64,000 bases of DNA from Abditibacteriaceae bacterium (GTDB lineage: Bacteria > Armatimonadota > Abditibacteriia > Abditibacteriales > Abditibacteriaceae), in the NCBI GenBank assembly GCA_965277285.1, contig OZ255721.1:2016001-2080000 (forward strand), written 5' to 3'. This document shows positions 37,036-48,014 of the stretch, in pieces. The position numbers were made by a program, and so were the translations under genes. The stretch's first letter is position 1; every line of letters begins with the position of its first letter. The notes below the pieces were generated by a model, which was given only the letters and a program-made list of their open reading frames with translations, did no database searches and was not told where the DNA came from.

Positions 37036-40000
37036 TTAGTTCGCCACCGTGCCGCGCGTCGCTTCGTCGCTGTAGCGTTGCCGATGCAAAGCTTGCAAGG
37101 CTTTTCGCCACGCCAAGCGCGCCAAAACGATGTGACAAACGCTGACTAAAATCAGGGCGACGCACAAGGCGAGCCAACCCAAATTCCAACCTAAAACCAA
37201 GACGGCGAACAAAAGAGCTTCGATCACCAAAATGCGGCTGAACGCGGTCGCGCTGCCAGTTCCGGTTTTGAGAGCGCTCGCCGCGCCGCAGGTTTGGCGA
37301 CATAAACAATAAAGACCAAAGGTGGAAATTTCGAGCGCGGCCAAGAACCCGACGGGCAACAGCGTCCAATCGCCGCCCGCGCACGCCATGATGATTCCCA
37401 GCAGCAACCAGGGCACGAAAGTTGTCAATGTCGGAAGCAATGTCAGGCCGAAAAAGGAGGCTTTGCCGCGCAACAGTTCGTCATCGCTCAGCGGCGTTAG
37501 AAACAGGAAAACCAGCGTTCCGTTCTTGCGATCCAGGTCGAGCGCGTTGCCCAGATTCGATGTCCCGACCAGAAAAACCAGGCTCGCCACAGTTAGCGTC
37601 ACAAGCGTTAAAACGTGTCCCCACGCTTGCCAATCGGCGTTAATCGGCCAACCGTTATTTTGCGTCCACGGCGAAAGCAACATTGTCCCGTTGCTGACTG
37701 AAACGGCGCCAAAAATCATAATTTCCAGCGCCAGAGCACCGAAACAAAGCATCGTCAAACTGCTTCGCAAAACCGCCGTGCGCGATTTCTGCCCTTCTTT
37801 CGTTGCGATGTCTGCGTATTCGACTTTGGCAATTGGCGCTGTCTTTTTGGTATTTTGCGTGGACGATTTGGAAGTCGTCAGGCTGCGATACAAAGCGAAA
37901 TCGAGTACGGGATTGCGTTGCGCTTCGCCCCAATCAATCAAACGATTGACGTGACGTTCGATGAAGCTCAACACGCGCCCGAGCGTTCCCCGCATCAAAA
38001 TATCTAACACGCGATAAATAGGTTTGCCGACCAAAACGACCACGAACCAGACGCCGCGCGCCACAATTCCAGCGCAACGCCAGAACCAACGCCAAAAACG
38101 CCGCCACCAACTGACGCCCACCGCTTCGTCTTCCACTTTGCGGCGCGATAAAGGAACCGAAATTGAAGCGCACGCCACGCCAACTATCGCCTGAAGCAAC
38201 GGCGCCATCCACCACGAAAGCCACCAATTGTTGGGGCGCGACAGTTGAAAACGCAGCAACGAAAGCAGCGAAACTAACGGGCTCAAGACGACGTGCGGCG
38301 CCTGCTCGAACTCGAAATGACCAAAGGGCGCGCTCGTATCCAACTGAGCAAAAAGATGGCGCGCCACGACTTCCAGCGCCAAACCGTAAAACCATAGTGC
38401 CACAAAGCCACGCCAACGTGCGCGTGCCGGCAAAGGCGGTTTCGGCAACGCCGCACCAAGCACTTCTACGCCGCAAACCGCGACCAGAAACGCCAGGGTT
38501 GTCGCGCCGGTTGGGAGCAAACGCGCGCACCACATCGCATCGGTTCCCCTCATGCCGCCGAGCCAGCATGCCAGAAAATAGAGCGCGACGCCAACACCTA
38601 AATTACGAACCATCGCCAGTAGCGCTTTGCGCCAGCGTCCGGCCATCGCGCGCGAACGTTTTTCACTTAAAGAACTTTCTGTTGAATGTTCTTCAACCGC
38701 CAATCGAGTACTCGATTCTTTCGCGCGGTCGTCGTCCGGCTTTTTCTCGGCGCGAAACACCGCCGCGATTTCGCTCCAGGCGCGCAGCGTGCAAAAGATG
38801 AGAATCGCCGTCCACAAGGCCGATTGTGTCCAAGCCGGAATCGTCGGAGTTGGCGTATTGAGCGTCGGCATTACAGATGGCGCGCCGCGTAGCAGCAGAG
38901 GCACCACCAGCGCGATCAAAGGTCGCCAGCCGTAGCCGATGAGCATCGTCCACAATAACCAGTTCAAAGGGCGATTGAGTTTTCGCGCGCGTTCTTTGCG
39001 GCGTTTCTGAACGGCTTCAAACGCTTTATCGACCGAGTTCGCCAAATGCAAATAACTGCAACGTCGTCGCCCGACAGACCACGGCACCAACAACAAAGCG
39101 GGCGGCAGCGACAAAGCAAAAAACGGCAGCGGCGTCACCAGCAAGCGCGCCAACACCAAAGGCCACGTCAAGGGCAAGCCAGCCATCAACGAAACAACCG
39201 ATTCCGGCCAGCCCAAAGCGTATAACGCCGCGTTTGAGCCGCCAGAACTCGCAATCCAGAAGCGCAACATCCACAGCGCGCCTTGCATCAAGCCGATGCC
39301 CAAAAACCACATGACAACCGTTTCGCTTTGCGCGCCCCGGGCGGTTCGCGGCGTCGAAGAGCTTGTGCTTGTCTTTTGATTCGTCGAATCGAACAGCGCT
39401 GCTTTTCGAGTACTCGATTGGGCGGGCGACGTTTCTAAAGGCGCTGCCTGCGTCAACGTTTGAATTTCCGAGACTTCTTTGTTCAACACCGCCATCACCG
39501 CCGATTCTGTAGGCGACGGTGAACGCGTGGTGCGGGACGAAGCGGAACTTGTGGGCGCGACAAGAGGCAACGGCGCGGCGTGCCCCAGCCAGAGGAAAAC
39601 GAGGAACAAACCGCACAAATCGAGCGGCGACCATTGCGAAGTCCAAATTGCCAGCGCGAAAACTGGCAAGCCCATCGCGGCAACAAACAACGCCAGAAAA
39701 ACGCCCGGCGCTCCGGCCAGCCACAGCCAACGTTCGCCAGGCAACGGCAACAATTGCAATTGTTCGAGCGTGCCTTGAAGTTGCTCGCGCCGCAGCATCG
39801 CGCCGACGCGCAGGCGCGCAACCAACAACGCGCCGAACGCGCAAACATCGGCTGTCATCAGCGCCGCGTAACCGATGAAGTTGTCGCCTAAAAACGCGAG
39901 CAACTTCGACGGCAACGTTTCTTTGCCCCAGAACTGCGCCGCGCCTTGCGGATCGGCCAGCGCCCAGGCGAACCAGACGCCAAAAATCCCCAGCAGCAGC

Positions 40001-40410
40001 CAGCAATTCACGACCAGCGCCAATTTCCAGGGGCGTCCGCTGCGCGTTTCGACGTGCCACGCGCGCCCCAGAAACGGATTGTCGGCGCCATGCCATTGTT
40101 GAAGCGCCGCGCAAGTCCGCAAAAACCCGATGCGTCCGCGATTGCGCAAATGCGTCCTGCCGCGCTTCCACAAGCGACGAGGAAGGTCGCGCACAGTCCA
40201 ACTTTGGCGCGTCTTTACAAAAGGGAAAGGAGTGTTTGTCGAACTAAACGCGTGGTCGTCGCGGCGCTCGGCAAAGTCGAGATCGGCTTCGTCGAGAAGG
40301 CCGGATGCGGAACCTTTGGCGTCCGGCGTCGGGGAGTTTTCGACTTCAACAGCGGTCGGTTCAGCGGCATTTTGCACAACTTCAATCGGTTCATCTGCGG
40401 GTTGTTTCAA
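37036..40410 (-). CDS. Large polytopic membrane protein with two ABC-2-permease-like motifs
   Basis: RREQLQGTLEQLQLLPL and LDRKNGTLVFLFLTPLSDDELLRGK; many TMs; co-oriented with moxR. Confidence 0.6.
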   Translation of the reverse strand: MKQPADEPIEVVQNAAEPTAVEVENSPTPDAKGSASGLLDEADLDFAERRDDHAFSSTNTPFPFVKTRQSWTVRDLPRRLWKRGRTHLRNRGRIGFLRTCAALQQWHGADNPFLGRAWHVETRSGRPWKLALVVNCWLLLGIFGVWFAWALADPQGAAQFWGKETLPSKLLAFLGDNFIGYAALMTADVCAFGALLVARLRVGAMLRREQLQGTLEQLQLLPLPGERWLWLAGAPGVFLALFVAAMGLPVFALAIWTSQWSPLDLCGLFLVFLWLGHAAPLPLVAPTSSASSRTTRSPSPTESAVMAVLNKEVSEIQTLTQAAPLETSPAQSSTRKAALFDSTNQKTSTSSSTPRTARGAQSETVVMWFLGIGLMQGALWMLRFWIASSGGSNAALYALGWPESVVSLMAGLPLTWPLVLARLLVTPLPFFALSLPPALLLVPWSVGRRRCSYLHLANSVDKAFEAVQKRRKERARKLNRPLNWLLWTMLIGYGWRPLIALVVPLLLRGAPSVMPTLNTPTPTIPAWTQSALWTAILIFCTLRAWSEIAAVFRAEKKPDDDRAKESSTRLAVEEHSTESSLSEKRSRAMAGRWRKALLAMVRNLGVGVALYFLACWLGGMRGTDAMWCARLLPTGATTLAFLVAVCGVEVLGAALPKPPLPARARWRGFVALWFYGLALEVVARHLFAQLDTSAPFGHFEFEQAPHVVLSPLVSLLSLLRFQLSRPNNWWLSWWMAPLLQAIVGVACASISVPLSRRKVEDEAVGVSWWRRFWRWFWRCAGIVARGVWFVVVLVGKPIYRVLDILMRGTLGRVLSFIERHVNRLIDWGEAQRNPVLDFALYRSLTTSKSSTQNTKKTAPIAKVEYADIATKEGQKSRTAVLRSSLTMLCFGALALEIMIFGAVSVSNGTMLLSPWTQNNGWPINADWQAWGHVLTLVTLTVASLVFLVGTSNLGNALDLDRKNGTLVFLFLTPLSDDELLRGKASFFGLTLLPTLTTFVPWLLLGIIMACAGGDWTLLPVGFLAALEISTFGLYCLCRQTCGAASALKTGTGSATAFSRILVIEALLFAVLVLGWNLGWLALCVALILVSVCHIVLARLAWRKALQALHRQRYSDEATRGTVAN

Positions 40411-40450
40411 CGTGTATCAACAATTCCTTGCGCCCTGACAACTCCGCATT

Positions 40451-41386
40451 TCAGCGCGGGACGGGCGTCTTTTCCAGCGCGTCTTCGATGATGTGTGCGG
40501 GCAACGTGCCGCCATAACGCGCCTGATTGTCCAGCATAATTCGATGTGACAGCACTGAAACTGCCAGTGCGCGCACGTCATCCGGCACGACGTAAGCACG
40601 CTCTTCGAGCCAGGCGCGCGACTGCGCCATGCGACGTAACATCAGCGAGCCGCGCGGCGAAACGCCCAACTTCAAGCGCGCATCGTGGCGCGTCGCCTCA
40701 ACCAAACGTACGATATATTCAACCACATCGCGCTCGCAATGCACTTGCGTCACTTCCTGTTGCAATTCGTGCAAGCGCGCCGGTTCGAGTACCGGAAACA
40801 GGTCATCCAACGGGTCCGTGCCATTTTGATTTTGCACGACTTCGATTTCGTCCTGCAAATCGGGATAACCCAACGCCAGTCGGATTGCAAAACGATCCAT
40901 TTGCGCTTCGGGCAAAGGATACGTGCCATGAAAATCGGACGGGTTTTGCGTGGCGATCACGAAGAACGGGCGTGGCACCGCGCGACTTTCGCCTTCGACC
41001 GAAACCTGGCCTTCACTCATCACTTCGAGCAAGGCCGATTGCGTGCGCGGACTGGTGCGATTGATTTCATCGGCCAGTAAAACGTGGGCGAAAACCGGCC
41101 CGCGACGAAACTCCCAACTGCCGTCGCGCGCGGGGAAATGGCTGCCCGTTAAATCGGCGGGCATCAAGTCGGGCGTGAACTGCACGCGTCGAAAGGTGCC
41201 GCCCATCAAGCGCGCCAATGCTTTGGCCAACGTCGTCTTGCCGGTTCCCGGAACGTCTTCCAGCAAGACGTGACCGCCCGCCAAAAGCGCTGTCAAAACA
41301 AGGCGGATTTCTTGGCTTTTGCCGCGAATGACCTGGTTCAAATTCTCTTCCATTTGCTGCACTTCGGTCGTGGTTCGAAGGCTCAT
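40451..41386 (-). CDS. moxR: MoxR-family AAA+ ATPase
   Basis: LLEDVPGTGKT, RVQFTPDLMPAD, DEINRTSPRTQSALLE, ATQNP, GTYPLPEAQMDRF, SPRG. Confidence 0.95.
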   Translation of the reverse strand: MSLRTTTEVQQMEENLNQVIRGKSQEIRLVLTALLAGGHVLLEDVPGTGKTTLAKALARLMGGTFRRVQFTPDLMPADLTGSHFPARDGSWEFRRGPVFAHVLLADEINRTSPRTQSALLEVMSEGQVSVEGESRAVPRPFFVIATQNPSDFHGTYPLPEAQMDRFAIRLALGYPDLQDEIEVVQNQNGTDPLDDLFPVLEPARLHELQQEVTQVHCERDVVEYIVRLVEATRHDARLKLGVSPRGSLMLRRMAQSRAWLEERAYVVPDDVRALAVSVLSHRIMLDNQARYGGTLPAHIIEDALEKTPVPR

Positions 41387-41428
41387 AATTTCTCCTGTGA
41401 CTTTGTAGGGGCTTGGCGTGCCAAGCCC

Positions 41429-43396
41429 CTACGAGCGCATGGATTGCAACTTGTATTGCAAATCGCGCAAAGCGTCCGTGCTATTTGCGCCGCCAAAACG
41501 CGCTTCTTCGTAAAGGTCTAAAAACAACTGAGCGTCGCCTGTTTGCGGCTGCGCTGGCAGATATTCGCGCCACGTTTGTTGCGGCGGACATTTCAGGCCG
41601 CGTCGTTTCATCGCACTAACAAAGCGTTTCATCAAGCGCGCTAATTCAGCGTTGGGCTTCGTGTAAAAACGATTTCGAGTACTCGATTGGCACTTTTTCC
41701 ACCAGAACCGCGCCGCTAAAATCGCGCAGAACAAACCGATCAACAACGGCGCGGCTTGATTCAAACGTGTTTGCAAAACGAAATGCACCAGCCAATGGCG
41801 CGCGCTCATCAGGCAATCTTGCAAACTTTCGCGCAGTTTCTGGCTCCACGACAGCGAAGCGTTTTCGTGCGGAATGCCGCTGGCGGGCGTCGCTTCGACC
41901 GTCACCCAACCAACGCCTTCGATCCAGCTTTCGGCCCACGCGTGCGCGTCGCGTAAACGCACGGTTGTCAAATCGCCGTCGCTTTCGTGCGCGTAATAGC
42001 CAATCACATAGCGCGTCGGAACGTTCATGCAGCGCAGCAAAATTGCCGCAGCGGACGCGAAATACTCGCAGTGCGCGGCTTTATTTTCCAACAAAAAACT
42101 GTTGAGCGGATCGCCCTCGCCACGCGTCGTCTTCAAGCTGTATCTGTGGTGCGCTTGCAGATATTGAATAACCGCTTCGATGCGCTCGCGCGGATTTTGA
42201 TCGCTTCCCATATGCGCCGCAATCAGACGAACGCGCGCATCAATGTCCTTGGGAACCTTCAGGCAGCGCGCTTTTTCGTCGTCCGCAATTCGAGTACTCG
42301 AATCGCCAACTTCCAAGCCTGAATTCGGCAAAATTAATCGGTAATTTTGCAGCGAATCGAGCGAACGCAGCGGCGTACGGTCGTCGCGGCTCCATTCCAT
42401 TTCGCTGTCGGGCGGCGTGATAATTCCTTGCGTGTCCAACGTCGTCAGCATCAAACCGTTGTCGTCCAGATAGCGCGTGACAAGAGCGCGTCGCCCTTTG
42501 GCGCGCGGATGAAGTTCGTTGCTGTTCACGCGCTCGAAAGTACGATCACCGGCAACGGGAAGCCAACGGCCATCGCGGTAAGTGTCGAAAGTCACGGCGC
42601 GCAGATGCGGTTCATCGCCCAGGTTGCGAATCGTAACGACACGTTCGGGCGCATCGTGGTCGCCAAACGAGGAACCTAATTGCGGCGAAGTCGACAATCC
42701 CGAAGGTTGCGGCGCGGGTTTGTCTTCCAGAAAACGATTCGCCAGTTCGTTCATTTCGCTCGCATACGACATCACGCCGCGATGCAACGACGCGCCCAAC
42801 CCGACCGCGAAAAAAGCGAGAATAACACGCATCAAGCGAGGCAACGAAATCTTGTTCTGCTTTCTTTGCGCGGCACCAAACGGCGCGCTACGCAAAGCGT
42901 TCAAAGCGAAAACGAGCAAGCAGAAATAAAGTGGCACCAGAACTTTGAGATAACTGGTTTCATAAGTCGCGCCACCAGCAGCCATCACCAAACCCGAAAG
43001 AAAAACGCCGACTTCACAGCGCGAGCCGCCCCACATTTCGCGCAGCCACGCCAGAACCGTGATTTCACAGGCCGCCATCGCGCCCACAATCGGCAACAAA
43101 AACAAAGGTGAACCATCGCCGATTTCAGAGCGCAAACGCCCGATTGTCAACAAAATCACCAGTCCAAAAAGCACAACTCGCAGCGCTTTGATTTCGCGCG
43201 AACGCGCATCAAAGCGTATTCGCACCAACTGACTTGTAACGAGAGCGACACCCAAGAACGGCAACAAAATGGAGCGGTTTTCGGACAGCCACAATGCGAC
43301 AAAGGACACCAACGTCGCGCCAGTCAACGAAAATGGCAGACGAGACGTTTCGCTTATCGGAAGCGGCGCGGTTCGAGTACTCGAAAAGGAAGTCAT
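41429..43396 (-). CDS. Membrane transglutaminase-like protein (TgpA/DUF3488 type)
   Basis: N-terminal TMs; HCEYFASA..LLR..VPTRYVIGY, DAHAWAE, GWVTVEATP. Confidence 0.88.
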   Translation of the reverse strand: MTSFSSTRTAPLPISETSRLPFSLTGATLVSFVALWLSENRSILLPFLGVALVTSQLVRIRFDARSREIKALRVVLFGLVILLTIGRLRSEIGDGSPLFLLPIVGAMAACEITVLAWLREMWGGSRCEVGVFLSGLVMAAGGATYETSYLKVLVPLYFCLLVFALNALRSAPFGAAQRKQNKISLPRLMRVILAFFAVGLGASLHRGVMSYASEMNELANRFLEDKPAPQPSGLSTSPQLGSSFGDHDAPERVVTIRNLGDEPHLRAVTFDTYRDGRWLPVAGDRTFERVNSNELHPRAKGRRALVTRYLDDNGLMLTTLDTQGIITPPDSEMEWSRDDRTPLRSLDSLQNYRLILPNSGLEVGDSSTRIADDEKARCLKVPKDIDARVRLIAAHMGSDQNPRERIEAVIQYLQAHHRYSLKTTRGEGDPLNSFLLENKAAHCEYFASAAAILLRCMNVPTRYVIGYYAHESDGDLTTVRLRDAHAWAESWIEGVGWVTVEATPASGIPHENASLSWSQKLRESLQDCLMSARHWLVHFVLQTRLNQAAPLLIGLFCAILAARFWWKKCQSSTRNRFYTKPNAELARLMKRFVSAMKRRGLKCPPQQTWREYLPAQPQTGDAQLFLDLYEEARFGGANSTDALRDLQYKLQSMRS

Positions 43397-43415
43397 AAGC
43401 GTAGTTCCCGAAAGC

Positions 43416-43528
43416 CAGCGAATAAATTCGCCGCCAGAGAAAGGTGTTGGGCTAAACCCGACGCGATTGCAATTTGTGTTGTGTCAACGAAGGTTGACAC
43501 CTTTTTCTGGCGGCGAATTTATTCGCTG
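43416..43528. repeat. Intergenic inverted-repeat element
   Basis: CAGCGAATAAATTCGCCGCCAGA.AAAGGTGT ... ACACCTTTTTCTGGCGGCGAATTTATTCGCTG. Confidence 0.75.
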
Positions 43529-44926
43529 TCACAAACAATTCACCCCGCTTTCAAACTGTGCGCGATTGATAACGGTGCAATTATTCAGGTTTTCCAAAGA
43601 AAGCGAAGGCGCGCCGTCGCGCACGATAATTGTTTTGACGAAAGCGCCATCACGTTGCAGTTGATGGATGAAGTCGCGGCGCGCTTCGTCCCAATCGAGC
43701 AGCAGGCAAATCGTGGTGGAGGCGATTTTCCCTGTACTTTGCAGCGCCGCAGACAACTCTTGAAAGTGCGATTGCGGCGCGCTTTGAACGCTCGCTAAAC
43801 AATCGAGAATGGCGTCGCGCTGCGATGTGTTCGGTTCTGCGTCGAGGTGTAAAAGGTGGGCGCCCGCCGCGAACAGTTCAACGACAAAGTTTTCGCGCGC
43901 CATAAAATTGGTGACCGCCGCGCACAACGAAACCGCGCGCTCGAAGTCATCGTTTGGTGCAGAAGAAGTTGAAGATCGAAAAAGTTGCGCCAGAGAAAAC
44001 GGTGTTTTTGTCGTGGCAATATGCGTGTCGAGGATGATATTGGCGCGCGGCCAGCGTTCGTGACACATTTCGCGCACCACGGTTTTTTGCAAACGCGCCG
44101 TCGCGCGCCAATTGATGTCGCGCCGCGAATCGCCGTCGCGCCATTCGCGGTTGCCCAACAGTTCAAACGAATCGCCAACGCACGACGGCTGGGCAACGCC
44201 GTTCCACGCGCTCTGGTTCGACGGCAATTCAAGACTTTGCAAGGGCGCAAAACGTGGCAAAACCAACAACGCGGTTTCGCTTTTGAAACTTTGGCGCGTG
44301 CGCAACAAGCCAAAAGGAAAATCGCTTTCGACGCTCCAGCCGCGTATGACGTAAATGCCACGTCGCGCACATTTTAAGCTCAATTGTCCGCGCCAGGTTT
44401 CCCCAGCAGATAAAGGCGCGACAATCAAGCCGTGCAGTGGCGACGCTTCCACTTCGCGCGGTAATCGAAAAGGCACGACGCACAGTTCGCCGTTGCGCCG
44501 CGCGGCTGTGATTTCGATTTCAACTGGCAAGGTTTCACCGGCGCTGATGCGCGTCGCGTAACGGGTTTGCAGCGCGACACGCGGACGACGGCGTGACAAC
44601 AACGCGGCCAAAAACCACAACGACGCGGCATACAGAAACGCTGGATAAAACTGCAATTCCAGCGAAGAGGCGCCCGACAATCCAAATACCAACGTCGCGC
44701 CCAGCAGCCAGCGTCCAGCCCGCGTGAAACGTTCGAGATACCAGTTTCCCAACGCCTGCAGCAACGCGTTATTCCACAAGGCGCGCGATGCCTTTCGAGT
44801 ACTCGATAGCGGGTTTTGCGTCTTTGTTCTTAGAATTTGTAACTTTGGTTTTTGAGTTTTGACGCGGCGCCATGTCGTGGGCTGAACACGGCGGAAGAAA
44901 GGGCGAAGCGAACGAGCATTGGACAT
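43529..44926 (-). CDS. DUF58 family protein
   Basis: RRGIY, FPFGL, REWRDGDSRRDINWRATAR, FERAVSLCA. Confidence 0.88.
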   Translation of the reverse strand: MSNARSLRPFFRRVQPTTWRRVKTQKPKLQILRTKTQNPLSSTRKASRALWNNALLQALGNWYLERFTRAGRWLLGATLVFGLSGASSLELQFYPAFLYAASLWFLAALLSRRRPRVALQTRYATRISAGETLPVEIEITAARRNGELCVVPFRLPREVEASPLHGLIVAPLSAGETWRGQLSLKCARRGIYVIRGWSVESDFPFGLLRTRQSFKSETALLVLPRFAPLQSLELPSNQSAWNGVAQPSCVGDSFELLGNREWRDGDSRRDINWRATARLQKTVVREMCHERWPRANIILDTHIATTKTPFSLAQLFRSSTSSAPNDDFERAVSLCAAVTNFMARENFVVELFAAGAHLLHLDAEPNTSQRDAILDCLASVQSAPQSHFQELSAALQSTGKIASTTICLLLDWDEARRDFIHQLQRDGAFVKTIIVRDGAPSLSLENLNNCTVINRAQFESGVNCL

Positions 44927-45031
44927 CTTTTTCCTCGAAACGCAAAGTAGCAACGGCGTTTGAAGAAAAGGTTACGCGCGATGAAAAACGCTGTCCGCCT
45001 TTTGAAGGACGTGGCAAAAGCACTTGAGTGC

Positions 45032-45128
45032 GTGATTACGAACCCGAAGCGTTAGCGACGGGCTTACGTAACAGTCGTATAAAACTATAATTTAAGCCCG
45101 TCGCTGACGCTTCGGGTTCGTAATTACA
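45032..45128. repeat. Inverted repeat, AACCCGAAGCG family
   Basis: ATTACGAACCCGAAGCGTTAGCGACGGGCTTA ... TAAGCCCGTCGCTGACGCTTCGGGTTCGTAAT. Confidence 0.85.
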
Positions 45129-46929
45129 CTGCGTGCGAGCGTTTATTGCGCAAAGCGTGTTCGTAAACCAGCACGTATTGGCGCGCGGCGTCGCTCCACA
45201 GGAATTCTTGCGCCATCGCTTGCCGACGCAGTTGCGCGATGTGATGCGGACGGTCGAACCAGGTCGCCACCGCCCAGCCAATGGTAAAATACAGCGCGCC
45301 GCTTGACACGTCCCAAAATTTGAAACCGGTTCCCGCGCCAGTCGCTTCATCGTAATTGTGAACCGTGTCGTCCAAACCGCCGGTCGCGCGCACAATCGGG
45401 AGCGTGCCGTATTTCATCGAGTAACTTTGATTCAAACCGCACGGTTCATACAGCGACGGCATCAAAAAGAAATCGCTGCCCGCTTCGACCAGATGACTTA
45501 GTTCGTTGGAGAAACCGATGAAACTTCCCGCCCGCCCAGGAAAAGTCGCGGTCAGCCAGTGGAAAAATTCTTCGGTCGCTTTGTCGCCGGTTCCCAGCAC
45601 CACGACTTGCATTTCCATATTGGAAAGCGCGCCAGGAAGAGCCTCGCGCAATAAATCGAACCCTTTTTGAGCCGCAAAGCGCGACACGATGCCAAAAACT
45701 GGCAAGTCGGGTCGCTGTTCCAGACCAAAACGTTTTTGAAGTTCGGCTTTGCAAGCGGCTTTGCCGGACAAGTCGCGGTCATCGTAAGTGGCGGGAATCA
45801 ATTTATCGGTTTCTGGATTCCAATGTTCGTAATCGACACCATTTAAGATGCCGCAGAAATCGGCGCGGCGGCTGTTGAGATAAGGCGCCAAACCTTGACC
45901 GCCAATTGGCCCCAGCAATTCCCAGGCGTGCGTCGGCGAAACGGTCGTGATGCCGTCGGCGAAGTGAATGCCCGCTTTGAGCAAGTTCAGGCGGCCAAAG
46001 TTCTCGAAAATATCGGGACGAAAGTACTCGCCGCCAACGCCGATATAAGGAAAAACGCTGGAGTCGTAAACGCCTTGATAACCGATGTTGTGAATCGTCA
46101 AAATGCTCGCCGTGCGCGACAACGGCGACAAAACGCTGTCCCACGTTTTCAGAAAAACCGGCACCATGGCGCTCATCCAGTCATGCGCGTGCATGATGTC
46201 GGGGATGAAATCAAAGTCCTTGCACAATTGCAGCGCCGCCTTAGAAAGCAAGGCGTAGCGAAACGCGTTGTCGAGATATTCGCCGGACGGCTCGTCGTAA
46301 ATGCCGCTGCGACCGAAAAAACGCTCGTACTCGATGAACCAGACCGGAACTTCGCCATCCAGCATCGCATGGTAAACGCCGACCCAGTTTTCTTCGCCCT
46401 GACCCATGTGAACGCAACTCGAACCGACCTGTTGAATGTTGTACTTGGCGCGATCAATCGAGCGATAAAGCGGCATCACGATGCGCACGTCATGTCCCAA
46501 TCGGCGCAAGGCTTTGGGCAACGCCGCTACGACATCGGCCAGACCGCCGGTTTTAGCAAAAGGCGCGCATTCCGACGAAACGAACAACACTTTCAAGGCC
46601 GAGTTAGCAGACGAAGCGCCGCCGTTCGAGTACTCGATTGGTGTCGCAGCAATCGTGGGCGATGAAGAAACCGCTTTCTTCGGCGTGCGAACGCGTGGCA
46701 TTTTTGCGGGCACAACGCTTGGCGATGTCGCGCTTGGCGGCACAACGCTTTGCGGTATTGTCGCTTGCGTCGCTTCGGTTGTCGAAATGGTGGCGACGCG
46801 GCGCGCGCGACGTTTGGGCGCTTCAGAGAGCGTTGTATCGGTTTCGGGCGCCGATTGTGTCATCGACGGTACCACACTTGTTTGCTTGAGTGGTTTTTGC
46901 GAGGCTATTTCTTCGCCTGAGGCCATCAT
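45124..46929 (-). CDS. glgA: Glycogen synthase with an approximately 110 aa low-complexity N-terminal extension
   Basis: PFAKTGGLADV, HAHDW, TIHNIGYQG, GILNGVD, MPSLYEPCGLNQ, TGGLDDTV. Confidence 0.94.
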   Translation of the reverse strand: MMASGEEIASQKPLKQTSVVPSMTQSAPETDTTLSEAPKRRARRVATISTTEATQATIPQSVVPPSATSPSVVPAKMPRVRTPKKAVSSSPTIAATPIEYSNGGASSANSALKVLFVSSECAPFAKTGGLADVVAALPKALRRLGHDVRIVMPLYRSIDRAKYNIQQVGSSCVHMGQGEENWVGVYHAMLDGEVPVWFIEYERFFGRSGIYDEPSGEYLDNAFRYALLSKAALQLCKDFDFIPDIMHAHDWMSAMVPVFLKTWDSVLSPLSRTASILTIHNIGYQGVYDSSVFPYIGVGGEYFRPDIFENFGRLNLLKAGIHFADGITTVSPTHAWELLGPIGGQGLAPYLNSRRADFCGILNGVDYEHWNPETDKLIPATYDDRDLSGKAACKAELQKRFGLEQRPDLPVFGIVSRFAAQKGFDLLREALPGALSNMEMQVVVLGTGDKATEEFFHWLTATFPGRAGSFIGFSNELSHLVEAGSDFFLMPSLYEPCGLNQSYSMKYGTLPIVRATGGLDDTVHNYDEATGAGTGFKFWDVSSGALYFTIGWAVATWFDRPHHIAQLRRQAMAQEFLWSDAARQYVLVYEHALRNKRSHAV

Positions 46930-46976
46930 AAAAATCTTTCCCGTTGGGTGGAGATAATGAATGCTGTCTGCCCTGA

Positions 46977-47897
46977 TTACATCGTCCAGGGTTTGGCGTG
47001 TCGATCATAATCGTCGGCCCACGAACGCTGCAATGACAGCAATTCATCTTGAATGCCAGCAGGCAACGGCGCGGGATTTCCCGAAGTTGCATCCAACAAT
47101 TCTTGCAGATTTTCCGGGCGGCTGGTGGCGCCAACAGTCGCGCGCACTTGCGGGATGCCAAAAGCGTAGCGCACGCAGAACTCCGCCCAATCCTTGCAGC
47201 CGGAACGCTCGAAAATCGGCGCGACTTGAACCGCGCGCGGCTGCATATAATCGCGCGTCGCTCCGGCAACATCGCGCTGGCGGTGAACATCGCCGCCGCC
47301 GACGGTGCGTATGGCGACAATCGGATAATTGCGTTCTTGAATCAAGTCGAACAATTCGTTGGAAACCAAACGTTGCAGCGGATTAAGGTAAAAAATGCAG
47401 GCGTCAATGCGGCCTTCCAGATGACCGCCGCGCAAAGCGTCCAGCACCACATCCGAATTCCACGGCCACGCTTCTATCACAAAACGTTCGACCAGACCTT
47501 CGTCTTGCAAGCGGCGAAAACCGTCGTAGCAGGCGCCGCCGCTGCGCAACTCGTCCGCAATTGGTTCGCCCAGACACAATTGTCCAATCGCCATTTTTTG
47601 CAAGCCCAACGGTTCCAAATTCTGCCGAATCACGTCGCGGATTTCGTCCATCGAACTCCAACCGATTTTGAAGATGGCGGGAGGAACGTGCGCGCGATCC
47701 TCATCGTAGGCGGCGCGCAAAACGCGAAACGCATCGCCATAAGTGTGGCTGGTGTGAAACCAGACACCGGCGTTCATCGCGTCGCGGGCGATTTGAACAC
47801 GCTCGTCAAAGGCGATGGATTCTTCGCCCAAGCGTCCCGTACCGTAAATGTAGCGAGAAAGGCCAAAAAGCGGCGTCGCGGATGGTGCAAAAGTCAT
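46977..47897 (-). CDS. Aldo/keto reductase-like protein (divergent)
   Basis: GT.RLG, FHTSHTYG, ATVGATSRPENLQE. Confidence 0.7.
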   Translation of the reverse strand: MTFAPSATPLFGLSRYIYGTGRLGEESIAFDERVQIARDAMNAGVWFHTSHTYGDAFRVLRAAYDEDRAHVPPAIFKIGWSSMDEIRDVIRQNLEPLGLQKMAIGQLCLGEPIADELRSGGACYDGFRRLQDEGLVERFVIEAWPWNSDVVLDALRGGHLEGRIDACIFYLNPLQRLVSNELFDLIQERNYPIVAIRTVGGGDVHRQRDVAGATRDYMQPRAVQVAPIFERSGCKDWAEFCVRYAFGIPQVRATVGATSRPENLQELLDATSGNPAPLPAGIQDELLSLQRSWADDYDRHAKPWTM

Positions 47898-48014
47898 GAG
47901 CGTGTCTCTTTAACCAAAATGGATAGTCGCAGTATAATGTGTCTTACGGCCATTTTACTATAGCGAACTTTTTCGGCGAAAAAGCACCGAAGTCTTAGCA
48001 TATCGGCACATATC

